From assembly GCA_946965045.2 (NCBI GenBank), contig OX337240.1:3100001-3164000 (forward strand): a DNA stretch of 64,000 nucleotides, in the 5' to 3' direction. The notes under the pieces were generated by a model. The model had not been told where the DNA came from. It saw nothing but the letters and a program-made list of their open reading frames with translations, and searched no databases. Both the position numbers and the translations under genes were made by a program. Numbering within the stretch: position 1 is the stretch's first letter; each line of letters opens with the position of its first letter. Positions 1 through 11,300 of the stretch are shown here, piece after piece. The DNA is from Epithemia pelagica. Lineage: Eukaryota; Protista; Bacillariophyta.

Positions 1-1503
1 GTTCTGGCCAAGACCTTGCCAGACTTGGTAAGCACCCAATAAGTCGCTCCCGATCCTGTGCGCGATTCCCAACCAAAAGCCCAGGTGCCTCTGTACCTCC
101 GCCGTATCCGCTTTGGAGTTGTCGTGGTACCAAACGAGGTCGAAAAAGGAGAAGTCGAGCCACTCCGATATATCTGGTGTGTCACCAGTGAGTCGCTCCA
201 AACCGGAACGGTTGTCCTGTCCCCGTGCGACGCGACTGAGAATGCCAGATTCATGGGCGAGACCGTAGTGCCAAAGACGGCGTGGAACCCGACAATCAAC
301 CATGCGACGATGCCATCGCTGTTTCAAAACGCCGATCTCACGCTCCGCGCGGTGGTTTTGTTTGCTAGTACCCTTCTCGGCCCATTTGAGATCGATACGG
401 TGAAACCGTGCCAGTTTCGTGAACTGTGTCTTGGGACCAGTCTGCTCACCAGCAAGGTCCGCAGTAAGACCATCAGGTACACCAACCTCATCAATGAACT
501 TGGCAAGACTCTGCCCGACGTCAGCTTTCGATGTTAACGGGTATACAGCCGTAAATTGGCCATCCGTGAACACCTGCGCGCACTTGTTTCCAGCCAAGGA
601 GGTGGTTCGAGAAAATAGTGTGTCCGTATAAAACCGAGTGTTCAATCGGTGTCTGTGTAAAGCCAAGTTATCCACCCGATACCGTCTCGTAATAGGGTTG
701 ATAGCAGTGCGGATACCTTGTTGGGTGGTCACTCGGAGCGTTCGTCGTGCGGATTCCAGTCCAATCATCCATTTCTTACTGAGATTTTCTGGGGAAACTG
801 ACGAATGACGGTCAGTCGTAATATTTCTCACATGGCGCTCATCGGCGAGTCTCTGAGCCATAAGTCGCGGGTCGCACGCACTGGACACCAGTCCAATTTC
901 TAACGCGATGTCTTCATGCGCGTCATCGTAGGGGTCACGACTTGGCATAGCAAGATCGACCGAACGCGGGTCCCATACTTCCTGGCGTGTCAACGTAATG
1001 GCTGGTAACGTCTCGATCTCATGACTGGTGGGCGCACGTTACTCGAAAAAGATCGTGGTTCCCCGCATTTCAAACGGAATGTGCAATCCTTCTGCCTCAA
1101 TACCGAATCCTTCATCTTCCTGACGAGTTGGATCATCGCGAACCGAATGACCAGCGTACCGGATTTGATTCTGGTTTAACAAAGTTTTCCTTAAAGAACT
1201 ACCAAACCAGAGCATTTGACGCCCAATCAGTATATATTCCGCCCCCGATACCTTGTCTCTGATGCATGTTGCACATGTGGCAATCGGTACGTGTCGAGAT
1301 GCTGCCTGCTTTCCCATGAAGTCACTAACCTTGCACTCCATTCCCGTGGTTTCGACCAAAGTCCAGTTTATTCCAGCACACGAAGTGTCTGCCATAGTAT
1401 CCATTTCATTGTTCCCGATTGTGCCAACATGACAATCCACCGTATATTCCACTTGCCCAATGGCCACTTGCCTCGGGCCGCATATGACCATGGACGCCTG
1501 GCG
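1..1503 (-). pseudogene. Copia pol (aspartic protease and integrase), disrupted
   Basis: Protease motif EMDTMADTSCAG. After the TAA at 1039-1041 the same frame reads SVSPENLSKKWMIGLESARRTLRVTTQQG...FYTDTLF...QNHRAEREIGVLK...TPDISEWLDFSFFDLVWY, an integrase core, and then shifts frame to YWVLTKSGKVLART. Confidence 0.88.
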
Positions 1504-3389
1504 TCATTCGGAATAAGCACCAGGTCCGAACCGGCGTCCATTTGTGCTACCTCGGTCAGTGCCACCTGTGCCTCCGCCTGTTCCTGCGTCGTTTGCACCT
1601 GCCACGGACGGATCCGTTAGCACCGAGGGATCAACACCCCCCGTGTCTGCCGTATCGATGTCCACATTCCCAATTTCCCGACCACGTCCACGCCCGTCGC
1701 CACGTCCATCGTTACCACCGCGACCCCAATGTCCCCGTCCGGCATGACGACCACCACGGCCACGACCACGGCCGCCAGAATGTCCGTATTGCCGGAGGCG
1801 GGCGCGTTCCTGATGAACGTAAGCTTGTCCCGATGGCCCGAGGGTTTCCATCTCTTGAGAAGAAAATCGCCGATTAACATCGGTGACATCCACACCGTAG
1901 AACGTAAAGATGCCGTTGTTCTGCTGTAACCCCAGAAAAGAACGTGCACGGGTCGGGGAATGTTCAAACGTGTTGGTTTCGGAGATAAAACGATGACGGG
2001 CACGATTACCTGTTCCTGGGATGACCTGTGGGTATATTTCCGAAACTTCACAAGAAATATACGCAATGGCAGCAGCCAAGTCCCCACGGTAATTCGTACG
2101 GACAGTACTCTTGATGACGGCGAACTCGGCCGTTGAAATACGAATGTTATCAAGGAGAATCTTCACTTGGTTAGCACCGGAACGTCGGTTGGGGGTATCG
2201 TCCAAGGTGCGAAAGGCCCGAAGTAATTTAGTCGAGTAGGCATCGAAACTAAAGGCACGTTCGTTGTGGTAAAAGACAGAATTAAGAAGTGCTTCGGCCT
2301 TGTTGATACGCTTTTCTTTTTGTCCTCCCCCATCATAGTGATCTACTAAGGCTAACCAAGCGGCGCGTCCATTCTGGGATGCCTGGAATGGTTGTATCCA
2401 CGTAGCGGGTTGATCACGGACACGGTCACTGAGTAAACGATAGACTGCCTTGTTGTCTTCACGAAAGAAAGGCCCGTTGAGGGGGTAGCTGTATAATTCT
2501 TGTTCACGTGTTGTCTGAAATATGTGTCCAGGTAGCACCTCTGGCCGGATAACATAATCTAGAGGAGCTTGTTGCTTGCCAATTATGTGTGACAGGTATG
2601 TGGGAAATTCCTTCGACCAGTCTTCCCAGCTATCTTCCTTCAAGACTTCGGGCTTAATGTCGGGCGCCATGTCAGACTCGGCTTTAATTTCCATCTCATC
2701 CAGAGAATCAGAGAGAACCACTTGGTCAAAATGTCTTCTGGATCTTGAAGCCCAAAAGCATAGCCCTTGTATGTTCTTGACGACACTTGTGGGCAGACTT
2801 ATATTGTTCGGAGCCGGGCGCTGCTCCACCGCGAAGCCAACGACGTCACGTCATCCTTGCTCATCCGCCCGAACGCATGAATGGAGTTAAGCCTTTCGAC
2901 ATTTTCTAGAACGTTTATTTCGTTAGCATTCGCCCCACAGACTGTGAGGACCAGTCCGACTTGTGAGAGAGCAGGTGGCGGTCCCGCTGGTGGATGCGGG
3001 ATCGGAGGAGGAGGCGGCGGAGCGCCGCCGCCGTCACCACCCCCGCCGTCGCCATCTCCGCCTCCATCGCCTCCGCCGCCGTCGCCGCCGCCGTCTCCAC
3101 CACCGGCAGGAGCGGCAGGAGCACCTCCGTCCCCAGTTCCAGTACTCCCAGTTCCTGTTCCTCGAGTATTCCCGACTCGCGAACGCGAGCCACCAGTACT
3201 ACCACCAGTGCCACCATCACCGAGGTTCCCATTCCTTCCTGTTTTTCTCGCCGCAGGTTTCCGTCCTGCATCTGTCCCCGTACTGGTTCCCCCCGCTGGA
3301 ACAGCGGTTCCCTGCACATTCCGTGCTTCCGACCCTTCGGGGTCATTTTCCGGTGGGTTCTTCGTTGCAGCTCTAGTTGCCGTTACCAT
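1504..3389 (-). pseudogene. Copia gag, frameshifted
   Basis: ORFs 2799-3389 and 1504-2829 join by a 1-nt shift (DDVTSLASR/MEQRP). It contains gag-like PLDYVIRP, DNKAVYRLL and NGRAAWLALVDHYDG, and an RGG-rich tail. Confidence 0.85.
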
Positions 3390-3415
3390 ATTCCTGTAGT
3401 TCCCTTCCCAGTCTC

Positions 3416-3433
3416 ACTCTGGGTCTGATAAAC
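3416..3433 (-). promoter_or_regulatory. Primer binding site, non-TGG (half-tRNA type)
   Basis: GTTTATCAGACCCAGAGT directly abuts the LTR terminal CA on the minus strand. Confidence 0.6.
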
Positions 3434-3670
3434 TGTTTCGTTCCGTTCGTAACAAGAAGATTAGTAATTATACCTAACGTAACGTGTATCATGCAAAAGT
3501 AGTAAACCAGTAAACGGTAATTCCCCCAAAGATACTCTCCAACATCCGGGTAACCCCACCGACCCGAATGAAACATTGGGCCGCAAAAGCAAGAGAGAGA
3601 AGAGAGAAGAGAGGCGCTCAGGATAGTCGGTGGGAATCGCCACGTCAGTGTGTAACCCTCGGACTTAACA
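3434..3670 (-). repeat. 5' LTR of the Copia element (237 bp)
   Basis: Termini are TGTT...AACA, next to the PBS and upstream of gag. The second LTR is outside the window, so the boundary is not confirmed by alignment. Confidence 0.72.
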
Positions 3671-3696
3671 AAAGCGACCTAAACTTGTTGACGCAC

Positions 3697-3938
3697 GTGT
3701 CTAGTCTACCGGTCTCTGTCCTCATATGAGGACATCATGTCCAAGATATTAAAGCCTGGCAACCTTTACCAAGATATTAAAGCCTGACAACTGGTACTAT
3801 GACCAAACTAAACCTGAGGAAAACGATGGTGCCATCCATTTTTCTCTATGCTGCAAAGAATACCATGAACTGAGATGTGCCAAATGTGTCCTCATATGAG
3901 GATATGTCCTCATATGAGGACAATGGTAGACTAGACAC
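3697..3938. mobile_element. MITE-like element, 242 bp
   Basis: 14-bp perfect inverted termini GTGTCTAGTCTACC (3697-3710) and GGTAGACTAGACAC (3925-3938). Three copies of the 18-bp palindrome TGTCCTCATATGAGGACA (3717, 3887 with one mismatch, 3905). A 23-bp direct repeat at 3741 and 3769. Confidence 0.7.
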
Positions 3939-3979
3939 TAGAGGAGGGTAACGTTTTGATGTGGACGAAATACTAGAGG

Positions 3980-4012
3980 TAGCTCTCTAGGTAGTAGCTA
4001 CCTAGAGAGCTA
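3980..4012. repeat. Perfect 15-bp hairpin
   Basis: TAGCTCTCTAGGTAG-tag-CTACCTAGAGAGCTA. Confidence 0.85.
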
Positions 4013-4653
4013 GCTACTAAATACCTATCTAGCTAGCTAGGAGTATAGTAATAATCATATTGGTAGGGATGACTTCATGGCTAATGACATTTACCATAAA
4101 CCCAGTTGACAATTATTATTGACAATAATTACCAGCACTGACACTGGGAATGAGGAACGAGGAATCGAAGATCGAAGATCGAAGGTCGAAGACCATACAC
4201 CATACTCCATACTACGAGCTCGTACTTCCTACTTCATACTTCATACAAGAGCTACTACTTAGTGTTCGACTTCTTTCATCTTTTCCTCTTCTATATTTCT
4301 ATGGCGTCGAAGTGTCTCGTCGGTTTGTTGGTTGGACAATGGGTGTTTACTGAAAGTAGTTAACAGACTTAACGAACGAACACAAACTCAAATATTTTGT
4401 ACCCATAACCTGCTCATTGGATGCTTATGTTAAGATACAGCCAAGAAATGCTCGGCACCTCGGACTGCCGAGCAAACGAAACACCCTAAACACAACATCC
4501 TCAACGCACGTAAGACACCTTGCCACCTCTATAGATATATATGTATTCGTATAAGATATACATCTTGCAACCCCCCAAACAAAGAAATTCCTTGGTTGTG
4601 GTTTGCACCTCCGCCTCCACCCTCCTCCTTCTCTCTCTCATGGTTGAATCACC

Positions 4654-5886
4654 ATGGAGGAGTTTCGTCCGGCTTCCTTGTCTCCAGACTCTTCCTCTGA
4701 TGAATCTACCCTCATGCCGACACCAGTTGCAGCTGAAGAAGGGGTTGAAGAAGAGCAAGTGGTAGATGACAACGAAGAAATTGATGTCTCGGCAGAGATG
4801 CGACGACTGGACGAGCTTCGATCCTCTCCAGGAGAAGGAAACTTGCCTATGAGGCGCCGTGAGTCTCCCCGTCTTGCAAAAAAGCGTGAGGATATAGCTG
4901 CTTCGGTCGCTGCGGCTATCAAGAAGTCCAAGCGCAGCAACAATCCAACTAACTTGAAGGCGACAACACAAGCCGCGAGGGCGACAACACAACCTGCGAG
5001 GACAACACAACCTGCAAAGACAAGTACGAAGACGAAAGGAGGAAATGGTGGGGCAGGGCGGAGCAAAGGACCAACCTACAAGAAAGGGGAAGTTGACTTT
5101 CTCCTAGATCTGTTAGAAGACCTGAAGCCAGCCTGTTCTGATGAATGGGACATCGTCACTCAAGAGTACAACAAGCAGTTTCCAGGTCGTGAACGAGACA
5201 AAGACTCGTTGCGACGAAAATTCAACATCTTACACAATAAGAAGGTACCCATAGGAAACCCCACAATGCCCGAGGATGTGGAAAGGGCCAAGATGGTCAT
5301 TGGTTTGATCTGCGCAAAAGTTGATGCTGGTGGTGATGTTGATGAAGACGACCTTGGAATAGAAGAAGACGAAGAAGAAGAGGACGAACAACCTTTAAGG
5401 ATCCCGACGAACTTATTCAAGACTGGTGGCGCAGAAGCCACCAACATTACAGAATCTTCTATTTCCACAGTACGTTCCCTTAAATCCGGACGAACTCCAC
5501 ATAGGAGGTCACCCAAACAAGAACAGGCCCAAGAGCAGAAGGACCTCATGACCTGGCTCATCATGAGCATGAACAAAAAGCAGGAGAAGGACGACGAAGA
5601 CAGGAAAGAGCGTGCAAAAGAGGCCCAGCAAAATGCAACAATGCAACAGCTGCTCTTCCAACAGATGCAGCAGCAAGCAACAATGGCCCAACAGCAGGCC
5701 ACACTTGCGGCACAACAGCGCCAACAAGAACAACAACAGTTCATGATGTTTATGGCTGGTATGTTTGGAAAGAACGCCGACAACAATCATAATTCAAAGA
5801 AGAAACGAAGCCGTGAAGAAGAAGGAGAAAATGAGCACGATGACCATGGAGGACACAATGACTATCAAGATCACGAAGAAAATTAA
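4654..5886 (+). CDS. Harbinger Myb/SANT-like DNA-binding protein
   Basis: GPTYKKGEVDFLLDLLEDLKPACSDEWDIVTQEYN...RDKDSLRRKF followed by a Q-rich tail; lies inside the TIRs. Confidence 0.85.
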   Translation: MEEFRPASLSPDSSSDESTLMPTPVAAEEGVEEEQVVDDNEEIDVSAEMRRLDELRSSPGEGNLPMRRRESPRLAKKREDIAASVAAAIKKSKRSNNPTNLKATTQAARATTQPARTTQPAKTSTKTKGGNGGAGRSKGPTYKKGEVDFLLDLLEDLKPACSDEWDIVTQEYNKQFPGRERDKDSLRRKFNILHNKKVPIGNPTMPEDVERAKMVIGLICAKVDAGGDVDEDDLGIEEDEEEEDEQPLRIPTNLFKTGGAEATNITESSISTVRSLKSGRTPHRRSPKQEQAQEQKDLMTWLIMSMNKKQEKDDEDRKERAKEAQQNATMQQLLFQQMQQQATMAQQQATLAAQQRQQEQQQFMMFMAGMFGKNADNNHNSKKKRSREEEGENEHDDHGGHNDYQDHEEN

Positions 5887-5934
5887 GGACAACAATCAAA
5901 TAAAATTTAGTAAGAGTTCCATTGAAAGGATATT

Positions 5935-7152
5935 CTAGAAATTACTAGTGGCACGAGCAGCATTTTGACGGAGTTGTGGCATGTATGTCGTCTGGATTTG
6001 ATTAAATCCAACAGTTGATGCTCTAAAGTTGTAAAGAAGAGCAATCAACCGTAGAATGACTCGGCGCTCTCCAACCTCTTCACAGGAGAGACGGTCTTTG
6101 AGGCGAGGGAAAGATGCCTGTAGACCTCTCATCCCCCACTCCGACAATTGCCGAACAGAAGTTGCGGCACGAAACACTACGCGTCTCATCCGAACATTAC
6201 CATCGTTGTCAAAATTTGACTGATGCGACTTAAGCAAGGAGGGACGGTTTTCCCTTCCAAAGGCAGAATCAACTACCACACGGGCTCCACCATTATCTCT
6301 CTCCCGCTCATGTAGTTCATCTAACTTGTTGTAGATGTTTGAAATAGAGGCAAGTGTAGAGTCATGCCATGAACCTGGAGCGTTTATAAAACAAGCACGG
6401 ATTTTGCCATCCGGTGAGTAGACAAAGAGATTGGACACATAGTGGTCGTGAGTCCATCCATTGTAAAACATGTTTTGTGTCAACGGATTTGCGGCAACAC
6501 AGAGCTTCAAACCATCCATGGCTGCCCAAATGTTGGCAAGACAGGGGTACTTGGCTTGGATTGACTGTTTGAATACAGCAATTTCTTCAGGTGTTGGAAG
6601 CTCTACCTTGGCGTCTGGATGCTTGGCAAGGACCTTGACCAGGATCCTCCTTCCGAATCTAAGCCACACTGATAACGGGTTGGCTGTGAAGCCGAATATC
6701 CATTGTAGTACTTTCCTGGATCCTCGAGTACGGGTCCATGCCAGCACAAGTCCTAGACACATGACCGCTGTTATTTTCCTGCGCCTACCATGATTCCTCC
6801 TTGTAAGTCGTTGCATGTGTCCCCGATTGTTATGTGACTGTGGGTAAGGAGTGTAGGCTTTGAACATTGGTCTGAACAGGGTTAGAAGCCGATTGAACGC
6901 TGCATGATCAAAACCACAAAGGGTGATTAACGCGTCATCCTGCATTGACCTATAGAGGTGCATAAATGCAGAGTTAAGGGGGTCATGTAACGCATTTCTG
7001 CGGATTACGGACCTACGCAGTTGGTTGTATTCGTCTACTTCGTTGTTGTTCTGTTGCTGGAGAAGCAACATCATCAGAATGGAAGCTTCCTCCATTGTCT
7101 TAGTTCTTGTACGGTGGAGGGAGACGAATGAGCATTGGGGGAGATTAGGCAT
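5935..7152 (-). CDS. Harbinger DDE transposase
   Basis: WAAMDGLKL, VVVDSAF and RQLSEWGMRGLQASFPRL triad, plus FINAPGSWHDS. The real start may be MEEASIL near 7095. Confidence 0.93.
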   Translation of the reverse strand: MPNLPQCSFVSLHRTRTKTMEEASILMMLLLQQQNNNEVDEYNQLRRSVIRRNALHDPLNSAFMHLYRSMQDDALITLCGFDHAAFNRLLTLFRPMFKAYTPYPQSHNNRGHMQRLTRRNHGRRRKITAVMCLGLVLAWTRTRGSRKVLQWIFGFTANPLSVWLRFGRRILVKVLAKHPDAKVELPTPEEIAVFKQSIQAKYPCLANIWAAMDGLKLCVAANPLTQNMFYNGWTHDHYVSNLFVYSPDGKIRACFINAPGSWHDSTLASISNIYNKLDELHERERDNGGARVVVDSAFGRENRPSLLKSHQSNFDNDGNVRMRRVVFRAATSVRQLSEWGMRGLQASFPRLKDRLSCEEVGERRVILRLIALLYNFRASTVGFNQIQTTYMPQLRQNAARATSNF

Positions 7153-8346
7153 GCGTGTACACGTGTATCCAAAGATAGGTTGTGTTTTTATTGGATTTGA
7201 CCTATTTTGTATTCAGGACATACGATAAACTTAAACTTAAACCTAATGGTTGAGTTTGTGTTTATGTTTGTGTCCATTGCACTTTCAGTAAACACCCAAT
7301 AACAAAACTTATGGGAGATCGTGCCATCAGGCACAGGCAACTTCTTCCCGAAGTTGTTCAAACCTCTGCACTCTGCAGTTCCTGCCCGGTGGCAGCGCAG
7401 TCTTTTATTGACCACAGCTTGGTTGGGAGTGGTCGCGGATCCCAACGAATGCTTGTACGAAAAAAGAGTTCAACAAACTGCACAGCAGACCTGAACCAGA
7501 CAGAGGACCGACCAGAGTTCTTATTACAAGCACCGGTAGGACATTTTTCTGTTTATGGGCTTCTCATTGATCAACAACAAACAACCATTTCCGTCAGGAC
7601 CGAAGTATCTTCCGGGAGGGATAGGAAACCCAATCCAGTTTAGTTCCTAGCTCTTATGACAGAGGTAGACATTAGACATGGGTAGACTATGGCAGAAGAT
7701 TTGGAATTGCCAGTTCACAACGAGCCCCTTGGTTCCCATTCGGTACGCATGCATCGCCGGCATCCTACGCTCGCACCCTCAGAAACCCCAAAATTCACTA
7801 TAACCACTAAGTGTACTAGCGTTTTTGGTTAAGTATAAGACGGGACTTAGCCGTGAAAAACCCAAATTTCCAGTCTTGTCTTGACAGCCAAAAAAGACGC
7901 TATCGCGAATGCTCTTAGTCCGATGTAACTATCCAAAAAGCTTCTCTGATACTTAAAGGTCAAAGAACCAATGTTACATCGGGGTTAGTAGTTATTGCCA
8001 ATGTCTCAAAAACTGTCCCAAGAGGGACTCCCCAAAACCAATTAAAAATGAGAATAGAATATTGTGTTAATGGTTTGCACCCCAACATGCGCGTACCATA
8101 ACATTAAAATTATACAAATATGTATACCTAATAACACACCGGTCGCAAATCAATCGTCTTTTACTCATCCATTTCAAAACATGTATGGGCGAGATTATTG
8201 GGCCTCATGCCTATTTGCCCTCTCAAAATCGAAAATGTAATGACCCATTTCTTGTCTCTTACGGTCCATTAACCAATCCTCCTTTGACACATATCTGACA
8301 ACATGTCCTTACCAGTGCACAAGTCCTAATATTATTCCTGATCAAC

Positions 8347-11300
8347 ATGGACCCATCCCTGTACTGCAAGGAAGTGACATCTCCAACAGAGACGCAAGAA
8401 GATGACAACTTGGGCGATATGATGGAAGAACCACCCCAACCACCCTCTCCGAACCTACAAACACGTTCTATACGCCGGACAACAGGCAATTCGATTGCAA
8501 AATCATACTCGGAACGAGAAAGAGTTGCACGAGTCCGCCGCGAGTTTGCTGACGACGATACCAAGCCGTGCTCTGTGTTTGGCTATGACAGACACAAACG
8601 ATACAGGGGAGGGTTCTTTTTTTGCGGCGAGTGTCAAAAAGCTGATGACTTTGAACGCTTCAACCCGGGTCATTTTGTCAACCGAAGGAGCAAGGAATAT
8701 GCTTGTACCGCGTCACACGACAACATAATCCAACCAAGTGACCGCATCAAGATAATTTCCATGGCAAAACCTCCTCCGTCACAGAAAAGAGCTTCTTCTT
8801 CAACAAAACGCGGGCGTCAAGTTGAAGATAACGATACAAATGATGACAATACCTGTTCAGCTCATTCGATACCACGGAAGAAGCAACGAAAGCCACCCAG
8901 CAATACAACTGTAACTTCTGACAAGATATTCGAAGACTCTGACGATACCTCTGTCGTCTCGGTCAATGTTCCGGACCCTCACCAAGTACCAACCCAACAG
9001 GGAGTACCAGTGTTTCCTAACAATGAGTTGAATCCTGACCATACTCATCAACCACCGAACCCTTCTTCCAATCATGACCCAAGATCTGTACAAACTCCTC
9101 CCAATGACAGTACGACAGCAACTCTGAACCCATCCGAAGCGAATTCTGACAACAGCAGACCAGTCTACGTCGACAAAGCCACACAAACCGACTCTGTGTC
9201 GATGGACAGTGGAAAGGATATCATTATTGAGGCACTTCGTGTGGAAGTTGAAAAGCTCTCGAGGAAAAACGGAAGCGTCCGTCGTCGAGTCAAAGAACAG
9301 CGTGAGACAATCAAATCTCATTTAAACGAGATTTCAAAATTACAGAAGCGAATAACCCGACTCGAGGCTAAGCACGGAAAGATTCCGAAGTCATGTTCTA
9401 CGGATTCTAACATTGACAAGCTCGTTGCACACATTCAAGCCGTGATTGTTGAGTCAATTCGCAATCACAACGGAAACAGTCATCGTGCCAAGAAGTTTTT
9501 CCGCCAGTTGTCTCGAATGCTATTAAATACGGAGATTCACTACAATCAACTATCAGAATGTCTTACAAGATGCGTACAACGTCATCTAAGAAAGACAGTC
9601 TTTACTCCATACAACATTTTACAAGCAATGGATTTCGCCGGTGGGACACTTAATTACGGTGGAATCGAGATCCTACGGCAAGTAGAAACGGGCGGTAAGA
9701 AGAGGAAGCATACCATGATTCCTTCAACATCGGCCATTCGTCGATGCGCTTCTCTCATCGAGTCTTTCGCTGATTGTGCTGTGCCTTACCGTCCAATCCG
9801 GAATAAGAATACCGGTTCCGAGGGATTCTATTTTCGGGCGGCCGATGTTTTCGTCGCGATACTTAAGGCAGCGGGGATGTTGAAAGGGGAGGCAAGACAG
9901 AGGGCAATCCGATTTGCCCAAAGTCTCGACGGAGCGACACTAACCAAATCTTTATCACATGTGCTCGGCGGCATCAAGTTCAACGACAAAGGATGTCCCC
10001 TCAAGAGTCAGTCCAGGGATATGGTCTTCCCCCTAGTGTGCATCATTGGCCGTGAGACCAAGTCAATTGTGCGTGGCTTATTTTCTCGAATGATAAAAGA
10101 GATTCAAGAAGCCTCCGATAAAGTCCTTCCTGCTATGCACGCAATCGTCGCACTCAAGATTGTCACCAACTGTGACATGTCGGTGGATTGGAAGCTCTCG
10201 GGTCGCGGAGGTGCGGCGAAAAATGCAACATATCCGTGTTCCAAGTGTTTTGTGCGAAGCGACGAACTCCATACCAAGACAGGAGAGCTGTCTCAGTGCA
10301 AATGGTGTCTACACCACAAGTACATACAGCATGACAAAGAATGGAAGTGTCGTCATTTCCCAATGACGACAGAAGAGCAAATCGCTGGCATGAAGGAACA
10401 AGTTGACAAGTTCGAAGAAGACATGCCGGAACTCTCCGAACAGATTTCGGATGTTTGGAAGAAATCAGCAATTCACATCAATATTCACACGGATCCTAGA
10501 GTACCACCACTGCCGACACTTCTCGACAAGGTAAATTCGATCCACTTTGACATCGATGTGGCCACTGATCGACGCAAAAGACAAGTCTACTCGTCCAATC
10601 TCAACAAAGACTTGGAGCTTCGGGACCTGCCCATAAGTGGTTCATTGGCGGAGCGTCAACGTCGGTTAAAACAGAGTCACATAGCAGAATGGACCTATGT
10701 AGATGCAAGTACGACGATTTCCAAGGCAGGTGAGGTATCAGTAACAACGGCATTGGTCATGGTAATGGACACTGTGCCCTGTCTGTTACATATGGAAATG
10801 CGTCTTGGAATCAAAATCTTGTCCATGTTATTCAAAACTGGACTGACCAATTGTAAGCAGGACCTCCTACCATGGATCGAGGAAAAGGACCGTTCCTCGC
10901 TGGATCGAAAATGCCGGGCGTTCATTGATGGATTGGAAACCATTCTAAACGAGAAAATTCTAGGCAGTCACATGCTGCCGACCCAAGAATCATTGCCATT
11001 TGATAAAAAGCAGCATGTCATGGGGGAACTGAAACTCAACAATGGTAAGGTTCGACAAATTATACCATTGATCGAGCTACTCGTGGAGAAGTGTATTGTT
11101 GACGAAGCAGACAAGGCACGTTGGTTGGTAGCCATGGACCATTATCGACTAGCTATGAAGATTCTTCTGCTTCGGAGAGACGTGACGGACCAAGAAGTGA
11201 TGACGTACCAGAAGCACGCTGATCTATTCTTCAAAGAGTGGCTGCTATTATTCGCAGAGGAGGGAATCACTAACTACATGCATTTGATCGGGAGTGGGCA

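Larger units (their letters stand above)
1..3670 (-). mobile_element. Decayed Ty1/Copia (CoDi-like) LTR retrotransposon, 5' part; runs off the window start
   Basis: Minus-strand order is LTR, PBS, gag, protease, integrase. There are four lesions: a frameshift near 2829, TGA at 1504, TAA at 1039 and a frameshift near 30-45. Confidence 0.92.
4341..7297. mobile_element. Full-length PIF/Harbinger DNA transposon (2957 bp)
   Basis: Perfect 17-bp TIR GGGTGTTTACTGAAAGT (4341-4357 and 7281-7297), AAT duplicated on both flanks, and convergent Myb-like and DDE ORFs. Confidence 0.95.

Noticed and set aside
2790-2840. Programmed ribosomal frameshift in gag
   Set aside because: No slippery heptamer, and the element has three other lesions, so decay or sequencing error is simpler.
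7796-7812. CACTATA as an RSS-like or CACTA left TIR for the RAG1-like element
   Set aside because: No matching inverted copy was found at 13524-14300. The ATAGTG near 16530 matches only 6 bp. The ends remain undefined.
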